A stretch of DNA of 64,000 nucleotides. Source: an uncultured Pelagibacteraceae bacterium (GTDB lineage: Bacteria > Pseudomonadota > Alphaproteobacteria > Pelagibacterales > AG-422-B15). Both the position numbers and the translations under genes were made by a program. Each line of letters starts with the position of its first letter. Positions within the stretch are counted from its first letter, which is position 1. The notes beneath the pieces are model-generated. The model saw only the letters and a list, made by a program, of their open reading frames with translations. It did no database searches and was not told the DNA's origin. Of the stretch, positions 32,509 to 42,905 are shown in pieces. The stretch is taken from NCBI GenBank assembly GCA_902523455.1, contig CABYZG010000001.1, positions 251,023-315,022 of the forward strand, read 5' to 3'.

Positions 32509-33603
32509 TTAATTATTAAATAAAAAATGCATTACGTCACCATCTTGTACTACATAATCCTTACCTTCGCTACGCATCTTTCCAAGTTCTTTCGCTTTTA
32601 ACTCTCCTTCACAATCTAAATAATCTGTATATGATATAGTTTCAGCTCTAATAAAGCCTTTCTCAAAGTCTGTGTGAATTTTTCCAGCTGCTTTTGGTGC
32701 AGTAGTGCCATTTTCAATCGTCCATGCCCTTGTTTCTTGTTCGCCAGCTGTGAAATAAGTAATTAAGTTAAGAGTCGAATATCCAGCTTTTATAACCTTA
32801 TTCAAGCCAGACTCATCTAATCCTAGACTTTCAAGATAATCTTTTTGATCGTCTTCATTTAAAGACGAGATTTGTGACTCAATTTCTGCTGAAATCTTAA
32901 TTAATTTAGAATTTAGAAAATTTTCAATTTTTAAAGTTAGTTCATTACCTTCAATTATTGAACTTTCATCAACATTACATACGTAAATTGTCGGCTTGAT
33001 TGTTATTAAGTTGAACTCTTTTATATGCGCGAAGATTTCATTTAAATTCTTCATTAAAATAGCAGGCTGACCTGATTCCAAGTGTTTAAGTAGAAGGTTC
33101 AAAGCCTCTATTTTTAATTTGGCCTCTTTATCACCTTTTTTTACTAGTTTTTCTAGTCCTTTATTTATTTTTTCAAGTTGTTCGATGTCAGATAGAACTA
33201 ATTCAGTATTTATCGTTTCAACATCATCAACAGGATCTATTTTATTGTTTACATGAGTTATATTAGTATCTTCAAAACAGCGAATCACATGAATAACTGC
33301 ATCTACTTCTCTAATATGAGATAAAAATTTATTTCCGAGTCCCTCTCCTTTAGAAGCGCCTTTAACTAAACCCGCTATATCGTAAAAACTAAGAGATGTT
33401 GGTATTGTTTTTTTTGATTTTGCTAAATTTGATAGAGTTTCTACTCTTGTATCAGGCACTATTACAGTACCCTCATTTGGTTCAATGGTACAAAAAGGGT
33501 AGTTTGCTGCTTCAGCGGCTATTTTCTTTGTTAATGCATTGAACAATGTTGATTTCCCAACATTTGGCAATCCAACAATTCCACACTTAAATCCCATGAT
33601 CAA
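32509..33603 (-). CDS. ychF: ribosome-binding ATPase YchF
   Basis: GIVGLPNVGKSTLFNALT and a C-terminal TGS-like domain. The likely real start is Met3 (33597). Confidence 0.93.
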   Translation of the reverse strand: MIMGFKCGIVGLPNVGKSTLFNALTKKIAAEAANYPFCTIEPNEGTVIVPDTRVETLSNLAKSKKTIPTSLSFYDIAGLVKGASKGEGLGNKFLSHIREVDAVIHVIRCFEDTNITHVNNKIDPVDDVETINTELVLSDIEQLEKINKGLEKLVKKGDKEAKLKIEALNLLLKHLESGQPAILMKNLNEIFAHIKEFNLITIKPTIYVCNVDESSIIEGNELTLKIENFLNSKLIKISAEIESQISSLNEDDQKDYLESLGLDESGLNKVIKAGYSTLNLITYFTAGEQETRAWTIENGTTAPKAAGKIHTDFEKGFIRAETISYTDYLDCEGELKAKELGKMRSEGKDYVVQDGDVMHFLFNN

Positions 33604-34158
33604 CTATTTTAAATTATTAATAAATTTGGATTTTTCTCCATCCAAAAGTACTTTTATGTTTTCAGACATTTTTATATTTAATTCATTAATAACTTCTAAT
33701 TCACTTTTTTTAAAATTACTTAATACATGTTTATTAACCATGTCTTTATTGCCCGGATGATTTATACCTATTCTTATTCTATTATAATTTTTTCCAATTT
33801 TACTATCTATTGATTTGAGCCCATTATGACCTGCGGAAGAACCCCCCAACTTGATTTTTATTTTTCCTAAAGTGATATCTAGATCATCATGAATAACATA
33901 AGTTAAATTTGATTTAATTTTGAAAAAGTTTAAAAAAGTTGCAATACTTTTACCACACTCATTCATATAATCATTGGATTTGAAGGTGTATATTTTTTTC
34001 TTTCCAATAAGAAACGACGCCAACTCCCCATCAAATTTCTTTTCTCTCATTACATCATCATGATCTTGTAAAAGCTGATCGATAAATAAATAGCCCACAT
34101 TATGTCTATTATTTTTATGCTTTGTACCAGGATTCCCTAATCCGATTAATGCAATCAT
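33604..34158 (-). CDS. pth: peptidyl-tRNA hydrolase
   Basis: IGLGNPG...HNVG N-terminus and GGSSAGHNGLKS. Confidence 0.92.
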   Translation of the reverse strand: MIALIGLGNPGTKHKNNRHNVGYLFIDQLLQDHDDVMREKKFDGELASFLIGKKKIYTFKSNDYMNECGKSIATFLNFFKIKSNLTYVIHDDLDITLGKIKIKLGGSSAGHNGLKSIDSKIGKNYNRIRIGINHPGNKDMVNKHVLSNFKKSELEVINELNIKMSENIKVLLDGEKSKFINNLK

Positions 34159-34203
34159 AAGATTGAAGATATATAAATATCAAAATAGGTAAAAGAAAAA
34201 GTG

Positions 34204-34905
34204 TTATTCTTTATCTTTGTTTTCTTCTTTGTTATCAGCCTCTGGAACTGCATCTTTTTTATCTTCAGCAGCGGCACCACCCTCAGTAGCTTCACCTTCA
34301 GCAGCCTCGCCTTCTGCAGGAGCTTCAGGTTCTTTTACAACAGTAGGTGCAGCAACAGATGCTACAGTGAAATCTCTATCACTAATTGTTGGAGAAATTC
34401 CGTCGCCTAAATTTGCAGCAGAAATTCTGATTGTGTCACCTATTTCTAAACCCTCTAGATCGAAAACTATCTCTTCAGGTATATTATTAGCAGGGCAACT
34501 TAGTTGAACAGTACGTCTATTAACATTTAGAACACCACCTCGTTTTAATCCAGGTGATAACTCTTCATTTATAAACCTAGTAGGAATGTCCAGAGTAATT
34601 TTTGAGTCTGCAGCTAGCCTTAAAAAATCAATGTGTATAGGTTGATCAGAAAGTGGATCAAATTGAACCTCTCTTGGAATTGCTAAGCTTTTCTTTCCAT
34701 CAATGTTAAGTGAAAATATTCTAGTTAGGAAACCACCAGAATTGATCTCTTTTTGAACTGTAATCTTATCTAATGAAATGTTTACAGGGTTTTCACCTAA
34801 ACCATACATAACTGAAGGAATCTTACCTGCAGCTAGTACTTTTTTTACAGCGGATTTACCAGATCCATCCCTGATTTCAGCGTTTAAATTACTTTCTTTG
34901 CTCAT
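34204..34905 (-). CDS. rplY: 50S ribosomal protein L25/Ctc with acidic C-terminal tail
   Basis: Two-domain Ctc architecture. The pth-rplY-prs synteny is conserved. The tail is rich in E/A/G/K. Confidence 0.88.
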   Translation of the reverse strand: MSKESNLNAEIRDGSGKSAVKKVLAAGKIPSVMYGLGENPVNISLDKITVQKEINSGGFLTRIFSLNIDGKKSLAIPREVQFDPLSDQPIHIDFLRLAADSKITLDIPTRFINEELSPGLKRGGVLNVNRRTVQLSCPANNIPEEIVFDLEGLEIGDTIRISAANLGDGISPTISDRDFTVASVAAPTVVKEPEAPAEGEAAEGEATEGGAAAEDKKDAVPEADNKEENKDKE

Positions 34906-34956
34906 AACGATGAGGTTGGTATTAAATTAAAATTACCTATATGGCAAGTATATAAA

Positions 34957-35892
34957 TCAAAATTCAAATAGACTTGATACTGAGCTCGCCTCGGATATCC
35001 TCTTAATTGCCTCGCCCAATAAATCTGAGATACTAATCGACCTAATTTTCTCACAAGCTTTTAATTTTTCTTGATTATTGATTGAATCTGTAATTACTAA
35101 TTCAGTCAATTTTGATGCACTAATTTTCTCCAAGGCTTTTCCTGTTAATACTCCGTGCGTAACATATGAAGTGATACTGTTAGCTCCTAAATCTATAATT
35201 TTGTCAGCTGCATTACAAATTGTTCCCGCTGAGTCAATGATATCATCTAGAATAATACAATCTTTTCCTTTTACGTCTCCAATGATATTCATTACTTCAC
35301 TTTCACCTGCTCTGGGTCTTCTTTTATCAACAATAGCAATTGAGGCTCCGATCTTATTTGCAATCGCTCTTGCCCTCACAACTCCACCAATATCAGGAGA
35401 AACTGCAACTAGATTAATAATTTCATATTTTTCTTTTATGTCTTTTGAAAACACTGGACCCGCAAATAAATTATCTGTTGGTATATCAAAAAACCCTTGT
35501 ATCTGTTCAGCATGAAGATCTAAAGTAAGCACTCTGTCTGCTCCAGCAGTTGTTATTAAATTTGCAACTAATTTTGCTGAGATAGGAGTTCTTGGCCCTG
35601 GTTTTCTATCTTGACGTGCATATCCATAATAAGGGATCACAGCAGTAATCCTTTTTGCTGAAGCTCTTTTAAGTGCATCTATCATCACCAGTAGTTCCAT
35701 TATATTGTCATTCGCTGGATAAGATAAAGACTCCATTACGAATACATCCTCACCACGAATGTTTTCTTTAATTTCTACATAAACTTCATCATCAGCAAAC
35801 CTTGTAATAGAAGCATTTGTAAGGTTTTCACCAAGATATTCTGCGACGCTCTTAGATAAGGGTAAATTACTGTTTCCTGCAATAATTCTCAT
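34957..35892 (-). CDS. prs: ribose-phosphate pyrophosphokinase
   Basis: [22 protein letters not shown] and [11 protein letters not shown] motifs. Confidence 0.95.
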   Translation of the reverse strand: MRIIAGNSNLPLSKSVAEYLGENLTNASITRFADDEVYVEIKENIRGEDVFVMESLSYPANDNIMELLVMIDALKRASAKRITAVIPYYGYARQDRKPGPRTPISAKLVANLITTAGADRVLTLDLHAEQIQGFFDIPTDNLFAGPVFSKDIKEKYEIINLVAVSPDIGGVVRARAIANKIGASIAIVDKRRPRAGESEVMNIIGDVKGKDCIILDDIIDSAGTICNAADKIIDLGANSITSYVTHGVLTGKALEKISASKLTELVITDSINNQEKLKACEKIRSISISDLLGEAIKRISEASSVSSLFEF

Positions 35893-35895
35893 AAT

Positions 35896-36651
35896 TTATC
35901 TGTCTTTTATAACAATTGTTGAAATCATTCTACCATAATCGGTTATATTTTTTTTATAATTTCTTCGATAGCTAAAACACAATGTTTCTTCACTGAAAGT
36001 ATCGACATCTACAATCTCGTGGTTAGTAATTTGCTCATCAGAAAGTATCTTGAGAATGAATTCAGTAAGCGAAAACAGATATCTATTATTATGATTTTTT
36101 TGAAAAAATCTTGCATTATCTTGATCTTGTTTAATGAAGTTTTTATAAAAAGGTAATCTTACTTCATAGGATTTTTGTCTTATGCATGGACCAATACTGC
36201 AGCGTATATTATCCCTCTTTCCACCCAGCTTGGTTATTTGTAAAATTGTATTTTGAATTATACCGTTCAAGGCACCTTTCCAGCCTGCATGACAAGCTCC
36301 TATTATTTTATTTTTTACTTCATAAAATAATAATGGAGCACAATCAGCTGTTAATACTGATAATATTTTATTATTTTCTTTAGTTACAATCCCGTCACAT
36401 TTTAAAATTTCAGACTTATTGCTGCTATCTAAAACTATTGCATTAGAAGAGTGTGTTTGATGCATAGTAATAACATCAGACTTTTTTAAACCGTAATATT
36501 TAGAAATAGCTAATAAATTTTCTTCAATAGCACCATTCTCGTCTTTAGATCCTTTTCCACAATTTAATGATTTATATTTTCCTTGCGAAACGCCACCCAA
36601 TCTTGAAAAGAAACAATGATCTATATTTGAGAGATTTTTTGTAAAAAACAT
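35896..36651 (-). CDS. pgeF: YfiH/PgeF family (purine nucleoside phosphorylase/peptidoglycan editing factor) protein
   Basis: MHQTHS, TADCAPLLF and CHAGWKG motifs. Confidence 0.85.
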   Translation of the reverse strand: MFFTKNLSNIDHCFFSRLGGVSQGKYKSLNCGKGSKDENGAIEENLLAISKYYGLKKSDVITMHQTHSSNAIVLDSSNKSEILKCDGIVTKENNKILSVLTADCAPLLFYEVKNKIIGACHAGWKGALNGIIQNTILQITKLGGKRDNIRCSIGPCIRQKSYEVRLPFYKNFIKQDQDNARFFQKNHNNRYLFSLTEFILKILSDEQITNHEIVDVDTFSEETLCFSYRRNYKKNITDYGRMISTIVIKDR

Positions 36652-37679
36652 TAAATATTAATTTCCAAAACTTTAAATAAATTTCCCATATATTCTCTTT
36701 TGGTAAGTATTGCCAACTGTTCATTTATTTGTTTCTCTTTCTTTGGGTTTTTCTTAATTAAGATATTAGCTCGATCTAAAATTCCATTTTGCCGAAGGAA
36801 ATTAGATTGAGTATTTATTATAAAGTCATCAATTTTATTTTCTTCTAAAATATTTTGCAGGTTATTAAAGTCTACATGATATGTGATATCTTGATTACCT
36901 GGGTTATCAAGAAAATCAGTTTTTTTATTTGATTTAATTGACTGAAGTGTGCTTATCTTAGGTAGATTAATATATCCATAATCAATTAGTAAGAGAAAAC
37001 CATTATTCATAAGCAAGAAATTGATTAATTCCCGAAAGATTAAATTAGTCTCAGGAGAAAATTCAATTACCTCAAGATGTTTAAGGTCTTGCATATTTTT
37101 TACAAATTTAGAAATATCTGGTCTCGGCTCAATAAAGTCAAATCTAAGACTATCCTTTTGATCCAATATAATAACCGTTTCATAAATATTTCCGTTCCTA
37201 CTCATTATTTGGCGCGTAGGTATCGCATCAAAAAACTCATTTGCAATTATTACTGAAAATTCATTGGGATATGAATTGAAATTTTTATGTATTTTACAAT
37301 TAGGATAGGTATTTTTTAGATTTTGAATGTAGAATTTATTAATTTCATTAAAGTGAATTGTATACTCGACATCTTCATCTAATAAAGCATTAAGTACTCT
37401 AGTAATATCGTTTATCAGAGCGCCTCTTCCTGGTCCTAGTTCAATTAAATTAAACTTTTTTATGTTTCTTGCATGAATGAGGTTTAATATTTTTACAGCA
37501 ATTATTTCACCAAACATTTGAGATATTTCAGGCGCAGTAACAAAATCTCCATCTTTGCCTATCGCTTTGTTAGACGTATAGTATCCATGCTCTTCATCTC
37601 TTAATGAAATATTCATAAAATCATCAAGATAGAGAAATGCACTTTCTTTTAAAGCATCGTAAATTTTATCTTGTATCAT
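36651..37679 (-). CDS. DUF185/MidA-family SAM-dependent methyltransferase
   Basis: VTAPEISQMFGE and ELGPGRGAL motifs. Conserved position between lgt and pgeF. Confidence 0.8.
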   Translation of the reverse strand: MIQDKIYDALKESAFLYLDDFMNISLRDEEHGYYTSNKAIGKDGDFVTAPEISQMFGEIIAVKILNLIHARNIKKFNLIELGPGRGALINDITRVLNALLDEDVEYTIHFNEINKFYIQNLKNTYPNCKIHKNFNSYPNEFSVIIANEFFDAIPTRQIMSRNGNIYETVIILDQKDSLRFDFIEPRPDISKFVKNMQDLKHLEVIEFSPETNLIFRELINFLLMNNGFLLLIDYGYINLPKISTLQSIKSNKKTDFLDNPGNQDITYHVDFNNLQNILEENKIDDFIINTQSNFLRQNGILDRANILIKKNPKKEKQINEQLAILTKREYMGNLFKVLEINI

Positions 37680-38478
37680 TTTTAATGCTTTTAATTACTA
37701 AAATTAAAATTCCAGCAAGAAACATTGGTAAAGATAATATCATGCCCATTGTAAGAAAATGATATACAAATCCTAATTGAATATCGGGCTCGCGTGTAAA
37801 TTCAACGGTAAATCGAAATAATCCATAAAGCATCAGAAAGACACCTGAAATAATGCCAGGGTTTTTAAGTTTTTTAAATTTAAAAATTAAAAAATTTAAA
37901 ATTATAAATAATAAAAGTCCTTCTAAAAAAGCTTCATATAATTGACTTGGATGACGATACTGGTTGTCAGTGTTTGGAAATTTCATTCCAATAAGAAAAT
38001 TCGAAGGTCTACCAAATAATTCGCCATTAATAAAATTAGATATTCTGCCAAAAAATATTCCAACAGGAGCTGATACACATATCAAATCGCTTATTTCAAA
38101 AAAAGTAGTTTTATAGAGCTTTGAAATTAATATGGCGGCTATAACAATACCAATCAGACCTCCGTGAAAAGATAAACCCCCTTGCCAAAGATATAATATC
38201 TCAATTAGATTTTCAGAGTAATAATCATAATTATAGAAAATTACATATCCCAATCGTGCTCCTATAATTAATCCAATTATTGAATAAAAAATTAGATCAT
38301 CTATTATTTTTTCATTGATGCTATTGCTATGAGAAACTGCTTTATTTGAAGCGAGATATTTAATGTATCTCCAAGCAAATATAAATCCTACAATATAAGC
38401 AAGTGAGTACCAACGGATATCAAGAGGACCAATCGAAAAAAAAACTGGACTAATAGATGGAAAACTAAGATAAATCAC
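37666..38478 (-). CDS. lgt: prolipoprotein diacylglyceryl transferase
   Basis: Polytopic protein with GGLSFHGGLIG, GRISNFINGEL and RHPSQLYEA motifs. Confidence 0.92.
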   Translation of the reverse strand: MIYLSFPSISPVFFSIGPLDIRWYSLAYIVGFIFAWRYIKYLASNKAVSHSNSINEKIIDDLIFYSIIGLIIGARLGYVIFYNYDYYSENLIEILYLWQGGLSFHGGLIGIVIAAILISKLYKTTFFEISDLICVSAPVGIFFGRISNFINGELFGRPSNFLIGMKFPNTDNQYRHPSQLYEAFLEGLLLFIILNFLIFKFKKLKNPGIISGVFLMLYGLFRFTVEFTREPDIQLGFVYHFLTMGMILSLPMFLAGILILVIKSIKNDTR

Positions 38479-38640
38479 GTTAATTTTGAATAATATTTAA
38501 AATATATTTATCACTAATTATGATCACAAGGAAAGTTTTAATTAATAAATTTGTTAACTTTGTTACAAAAGGCTTTGAGCTTTCGCAGGCGATCAATGAT
38601 GAATACAAAACGATAAAAAAGTTTAAAAAAGATAGAAATA

Positions 38641-39492
38641 ATGCCAAAGAAAAAAAACACTGCAAGTAGTTTAAATAAAGAAAAATTTTTAATAATTGGT
38701 GCTGGTAATATGGGAATTGCTGTGATCAAGTCATTATTTAACCACAGAATTTCCTCAAAAAAAATCGTGGTTATTGAAAAGAGTCAGTCAAGCGAATTGA
38801 AAAAATTAAAAAGATCAAATAATTTTGAAATAAAAAATAGCATAGATAAAATTAATAATCTTTATCAACCTACAATCACGCTTATCGCTGTTAAGCCTAA
38901 TCAATTAAAAACACTGAATGGATTAGATAAAGATAATAGACTTGGTAATTCAATTATAGTTTCCGTAGTTGCTGGTAAAAAAATAAAAGATTTAAATAAA
39001 GTCTTCAAAAAAACATCAGGTATTGTAAGAGCTATGACTAATACTCCTGTTTCTGTTAATATGGGTACCACAATTGTATATTTTGAGAGAAAAATAAAAA
39101 CAAAACAAAAAAAACCTATTTTTGATTTCATGTCCTTATTGGGGCAAGTCAGTGAAACCAAAAAAGAAGATTTAATTGATGACTTCACTGCAATTTTTGG
39201 AAGCGGTCCAGCATACATATTTCTTTTTATAAATTCTCTCATTGAGATAGCTAATAAATCGGGGTTTAAAAATTCGGACAGTATGGTTTTACAAACTTTC
39301 CTAGGATCAATATTACTTTTATTAAGTGGGCAAAAAAAGCCCTCTGATTTACAGAAAAAGGTGACAAGTAAGGGAGGCACCACTGAAGCAGCGCTGAGTA
39401 TTCTTGCTTCCAATAAAGGATTAAAAAGTCTTCTTACAAGAGCTGTCATCAAAGCAACAAAAAGATCTAGAGAATTGAGTAAAATTTCTTAA
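38641..39492 (+). CDS. proC: pyrroline-5-carboxylate reductase
   Basis: Rossmann motif IIGAGNMG and a C-terminal VTSKGGTTEAAL. Has an unusual 15-aa basic N-terminal extension. Confidence 0.88.
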   Translation: MPKKKNTASSLNKEKFLIIGAGNMGIAVIKSLFNHRISSKKIVVIEKSQSSELKKLKRSNNFEIKNSIDKINNLYQPTITLIAVKPNQLKTLNGLDKDNRLGNSIIVSVVAGKKIKDLNKVFKKTSGIVRAMTNTPVSVNMGTTIVYFERKIKTKQKKPIFDFMSLLGQVSETKKEDLIDDFTAIFGSGPAYIFLFINSLIEIANKSGFKNSDSMVLQTFLGSILLLLSGQKKPSDLQKKVTSKGGTTEAALSILASNKGLKSLLTRAVIKATKRSRELSKIS

Positions 39493-40793
39493 TTTGGTAT
39501 TTCAATCGCAACCTCTAAACCTCCTAAATAACTGTCGTGCAGTGATATTTTTCCATTTATTGAATTCAATAAGGATTTAGTAGTAGCTAGACCTAATCCA
39601 GAGTTTGAGACATTCTGATTTCTACTTTGGTCTACTCTATAAAAAGGTTTAAATACATTATCTTTTTCACTATCAGGAATACCAATTCCATTGTCATGAA
39701 TGTTTATTTTAATTAGGTTTTTGTTTATATCTGCTTTAATTATTATTTTGTCTGATTGTACAATCGCATTATTTAATACATTTGTAATTGAACGAGAAAA
39801 AATATTCTCATTTACAAAAACTTTTTCATCATTAATGATTTCAAGGTTTATTTCATGTTTTGTAAAATGTATATCATTCTTAATATTTATTATTGCTTCA
39901 ATAGGATTAATTGTGGATTTATCTTTTGACTCATTTATAGCTGCAAAATCTAAATATTCTACTAGCATCTCATTCATCTGATTTATTTCTAAATTAAGTT
40001 CATTTTTAATTTTATTATCTTTTATTGACTCAAGAAGTAACTTCATTCTCGTGAGAGGAGTTTTTAAGTCGTGACTCACTCCCGCCAACATGAGAGATCG
40101 TTGTTCAATTTGTCTTGATATTCGATTTTTCATTTTTAAAAATTCCAAACTTGCCTGTCTTACTTCGAGGGCACCTGATACTTTGAAATTATTTACTTCT
40201 TGTCCTTTGCCAAATTGTTCTGCTGCCTTAGCCAAATTCGAAATTGGTTTAACTTGATTTTTCAAAAATAAATACGCTATCAAAATAAGAATAAATGATG
40301 AAATAATCTGCCACCCTAAAAATATATGGTTTCTTGAGGTTGTAATACGATGAATTGGGAAGTTAAAATGTATTACTTTTTCTGAAGTGCTTATCATAAC
40401 ATCGACTGTCTCGTTATCTTGTTCAATGACAAAAAATTCATGTTTAATTCTGGTGCTCAATTCATTTTTTAGACTGACAAGTACTTGATTATCGTTTTGT
40501 TCGGCATTTAATTGGTCCAAATCATATTTGCTCAATTCTTGGATATTCATTAGAAAATAATCACCAAATTGATTATTAGCTTGATATTGATCTAATCTGA
40601 TTTCACCTGAGAGCATTCTGTCAGAAATTAATTCTATTTCCATAGCAACAGATCTAGACAATCGGTTTAGAGATCGCTCCCATAAACTATTATAGTAATA
40701 GGATAGTATAATTAATTGAAACATAACTATTGGGAATAAAACAATTAACAATGTTCTTCCTAAAAGGCTCGTTGGTAGAATTTTTTTAATCAT
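39489..40793 (-). CDS. EnvZ-type sensor histidine kinase
   Basis: Two TM segments, a HAMP-like linker, H-box SHDLKTPLTRM, N-box NVLNNAI, and G-boxes DNGIGIP and GLGLA. Confidence 0.88.
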   Translation of the reverse strand: MIKKILPTSLLGRTLLIVLFPIVMFQLIILSYYYNSLWERSLNRLSRSVAMEIELISDRMLSGEIRLDQYQANNQFGDYFLMNIQELSKYDLDQLNAEQNDNQVLVSLKNELSTRIKHEFFVIEQDNETVDVMISTSEKVIHFNFPIHRITTSRNHIFLGWQIISSFILILIAYLFLKNQVKPISNLAKAAEQFGKGQEVNNFKVSGALEVRQASLEFLKMKNRISRQIEQRSLMLAGVSHDLKTPLTRMKLLLESIKDNKIKNELNLEINQMNEMLVEYLDFAAINESKDKSTINPIEAIINIKNDIHFTKHEINLEIINDEKVFVNENIFSRSITNVLNNAIVQSDKIIIKADINKNLIKINIHDNGIGIPDSEKDNVFKPFYRVDQSRNQNVSNSGLGLATTKSLLNSINGKISLHDSYLGGLEVAIEIPN

Positions 40794-41474
40794 TTAGTCA
40801 ATCCATAGCTCATAACCAGAACCTCTTTTAGTTTTAAGAAATTTTGGAATCTTGGGGTCTTTTTCAATTTTTTTTCTTAGTCTATTTATACATACGTCCA
40901 ATGTTCTTTCTTGGTTAAAATTAAGTGATGTAATTAGTTCCTCTCTAGAAAATGACTTACCAGGAAATTTTGATAAAATTCGCAATATTTTTAATTCGTT
41001 CTCATTAAGAGATAGTTCAGATGATTTTCCCTTGATCACACCATTTTTTAAATCAACTATAATATTATCAAGTTGAATTTGTTTAGTTTCTTTTTTTATA
41101 GAAGTTTTATTTAAAATATTATTTATGCGTAAAAGTAATTCTTTTGGTTCAAAAGGTTTTCCCAAATAATCATCTGCTCCAATTTCTAAACCATGTACCC
41201 TGTCTTCAGTCTCTCCCATTGCAGTTAGATGGATTATAGGTATTAGGGATTTTTTACGAATTTCTTTTGTTAATTCATAACCATTTTGTCCTGGCATCAT
41301 TATGTCAATAACAAGTAAATCAAATGTAATATATTTTAGTACTTCTTTTGCTTCAGCGGCATTACTTGCTGTTGATACAAGGTACTTATTGTCAACTAAA
41401 AATGTCTTTAATAATTTTCTAATCTTATCATCATCATCGACTAAAAGAATATGTAGATTATTTTCACTCATCAA
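40794..41474 (-). CDS. OmpR-family response regulator (PetR/CenR-like)
   Basis: Receiver domain (LLVDDDD...DIMMPG...KPFEPKELLLRI) plus a winged-helix C-terminal domain. Confidence 0.9.
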   Translation of the reverse strand: MMSENNLHILLVDDDDKIRKLLKTFLVDNKYLVSTASNAAEAKEVLKYITFDLLVIDIMMPGQNGYELTKEIRKKSLIPIIHLTAMGETEDRVHGLEIGADDYLGKPFEPKELLLRINNILNKTSIKKETKQIQLDNIIVDLKNGVIKGKSSELSLNENELKILRILSKFPGKSFSREELITSLNFNQERTLDVCINRLRKKIEKDPKIPKFLKTKRGSGYELWID

Positions 41475-41977
41475 TGTTCCTCTATAAATGAATTTATTAC
41501 TTGATTAAATCCTTGCACTGAACCAGCCCCAGACTTTACATAGGCTTTTGAAAGTGAATTGATAATGGGTTTTATTGCCTCGTTTAAAGCCTTGTTAGCA
41601 TTATCTGTCATAAATAAATTTTTTTTTCTTGCATCATCATTGTTTATTCTTTGAATAATTAAGTTTTCTTTGATTAGAACTCTGAGTACACGATTAAGGC
41701 TTTGTTTCCTTATATCCAATTTCTTTAGTAATTCATTAAATGTTATTCCAGGCTTAATATTAATTATTAAAAGACATCTAATATCGGCTATGCCCAATTT
41801 TTTATCATCTAGGCTTGTTAAAATTTCTTTTTCCAGAATTTTTGCAACTTCAAAAAAACTATTTAATGAATTTTTGATTCTGTCTTCACGCAGATAAAGT
41901 AGAGATGCAGATTTATTTGATATTGTATTTAAGTCAGCCACTATGACATAATAATCTGAAAAATATATATTAATCAA
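41471..41977 (-). CDS. MarR-family transcriptional regulator (PetP-like position)
   Basis: Winged-HTH core ITFNELLKKLDIRKQSLNRVLRVLIKENLI. Overlaps the response-regulator start by 4 nt. Confidence 0.78.
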   Translation of the reverse strand: MINIYFSDYYVIVADLNTISNKSASLLYLREDRIKNSLNSFFEVAKILEKEILTSLDDKKLGIADIRCLLIINIKPGITFNELLKKLDIRKQSLNRVLRVLIKENLIIQRINNDDARKKNLFMTDNANKALNEAIKPIINSLSKAYVKSGAGSVQGFNQVINSFIEEH

Positions 41978-42022
41978 GCCATTTATCTGTTATTAAACTT
42001 TTAATTTATTAGAGTAATTTAC

Positions 42023-42904
42023 ATGGAAATAGCACCATTTGATAATCGAGAGGGTTTTATTTGGATGAACGGAGAGTTTATCAAATGGAATGATGCAAAA
42101 TGCCATGTTATTACTCAGGGTCTTCACTATGCTAGTGCTGTGTTTGAAGGGGAAAGAGCCTATAAAGGGAAGATTTTTAAATCTGAAGAACACACAAAAA
42201 GGCTATTTAGATCAGCGGAAATTGTAGGCATAAAAATTCCTTATAGTCAGTCCCAAATTAATGAGGCCAAAGATGAACTCATTAAAAAAATGAATTTTGA
42301 AGATTGTTATGTTAGGCCAATTGCATGGAGAGGGTCTCAGCAAATGGGAATTTCAACTGCTAAATCTGATATTAATGTTGCAATTGCAGTGTGGAATGAT
42401 TGGGCATCATATTTTAAAATCGAAGATCGAAAAGCTGGCCTACGATTAATAACTTCACCATGGAAACGCCCATCACCTGATACGGCACCATGCGAAGCAA
42501 AAGCATCTGGCCCTTACGTTATTTGTACAATGTCAAAAGAATTTGCGGAGGAAAAAGGATACCATGATGCCCTAATGTTGGACTATAGGGGCTATGTTGC
42601 TGAAGGTACTGGAGCCAATATTTTCTTTATTAAAGGAAAAGAAATTCATACTCCAATTCCTGATTGTTTTCTTAATGGTATAACTAGGCAAACTGTTATT
42701 GAAATGGTTAAAGAGCAAGGCTTTAATATTACTGAGCGTCATATAAAGCCAGAAGAAATTAGTAATTTTGATGAGGCCTTTCTAACAGGTACCGCAGCAG
42801 AGATTACTCCAATTCAGTCTATTGACGATATTAAATTCAATACTGGAGACAATACTCAAAATTTTAAGTTTATGCAGGATTATCACGAAATCGTGAGATC
42901 TTAA
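42023..42904 (+). CDS. ilvE: branched-chain amino acid aminotransferase
   Basis: 293 aa, fold-type IV, with FEGERAYKG and GTGANIFF motifs. Confidence 0.9.
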   Translation: MEIAPFDNREGFIWMNGEFIKWNDAKCHVITQGLHYASAVFEGERAYKGKIFKSEEHTKRLFRSAEIVGIKIPYSQSQINEAKDELIKKMNFEDCYVRPIAWRGSQQMGISTAKSDINVAIAVWNDWASYFKIEDRKAGLRLITSPWKRPSPDTAPCEAKASGPYVICTMSKEFAEEKGYHDALMLDYRGYVAEGTGANIFFIKGKEIHTPIPDCFLNGITRQTVIEMVKEQGFNITERHIKPEEISNFDEAFLTGTAAEITPIQSIDDIKFNTGDNTQNFKFMQDYHEIVRS

Positions 42905-42905
42905 C

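Noticed and set aside
34230-34340. GC-richer repetitive stretch that looked like a tandem repeat.
   Set aside because: It encodes the low-complexity acidic tail (EGEAAEGEATEGGAAAE) of L25/Ctc in frame. It is not an independent repeat element.
38480-38729. Two minus-strand ORFs (61 and 63 aa) in the lgt-proC spacer.
   Set aside because: They are hydrophobic, AT-driven translations that overlap each other and the proC start. There are no coupling signals, so they are most likely spurious.
38901-39452. 183-aa minus-strand ORF inside proC.
   Set aside because: It is a shadow ORF fully embedded antisense in a well-supported proC frame, with no recognisable domain. The ORFs at 17423-17902, 35078-35515, 47669-48118 and 9470-9781 are the same kind.
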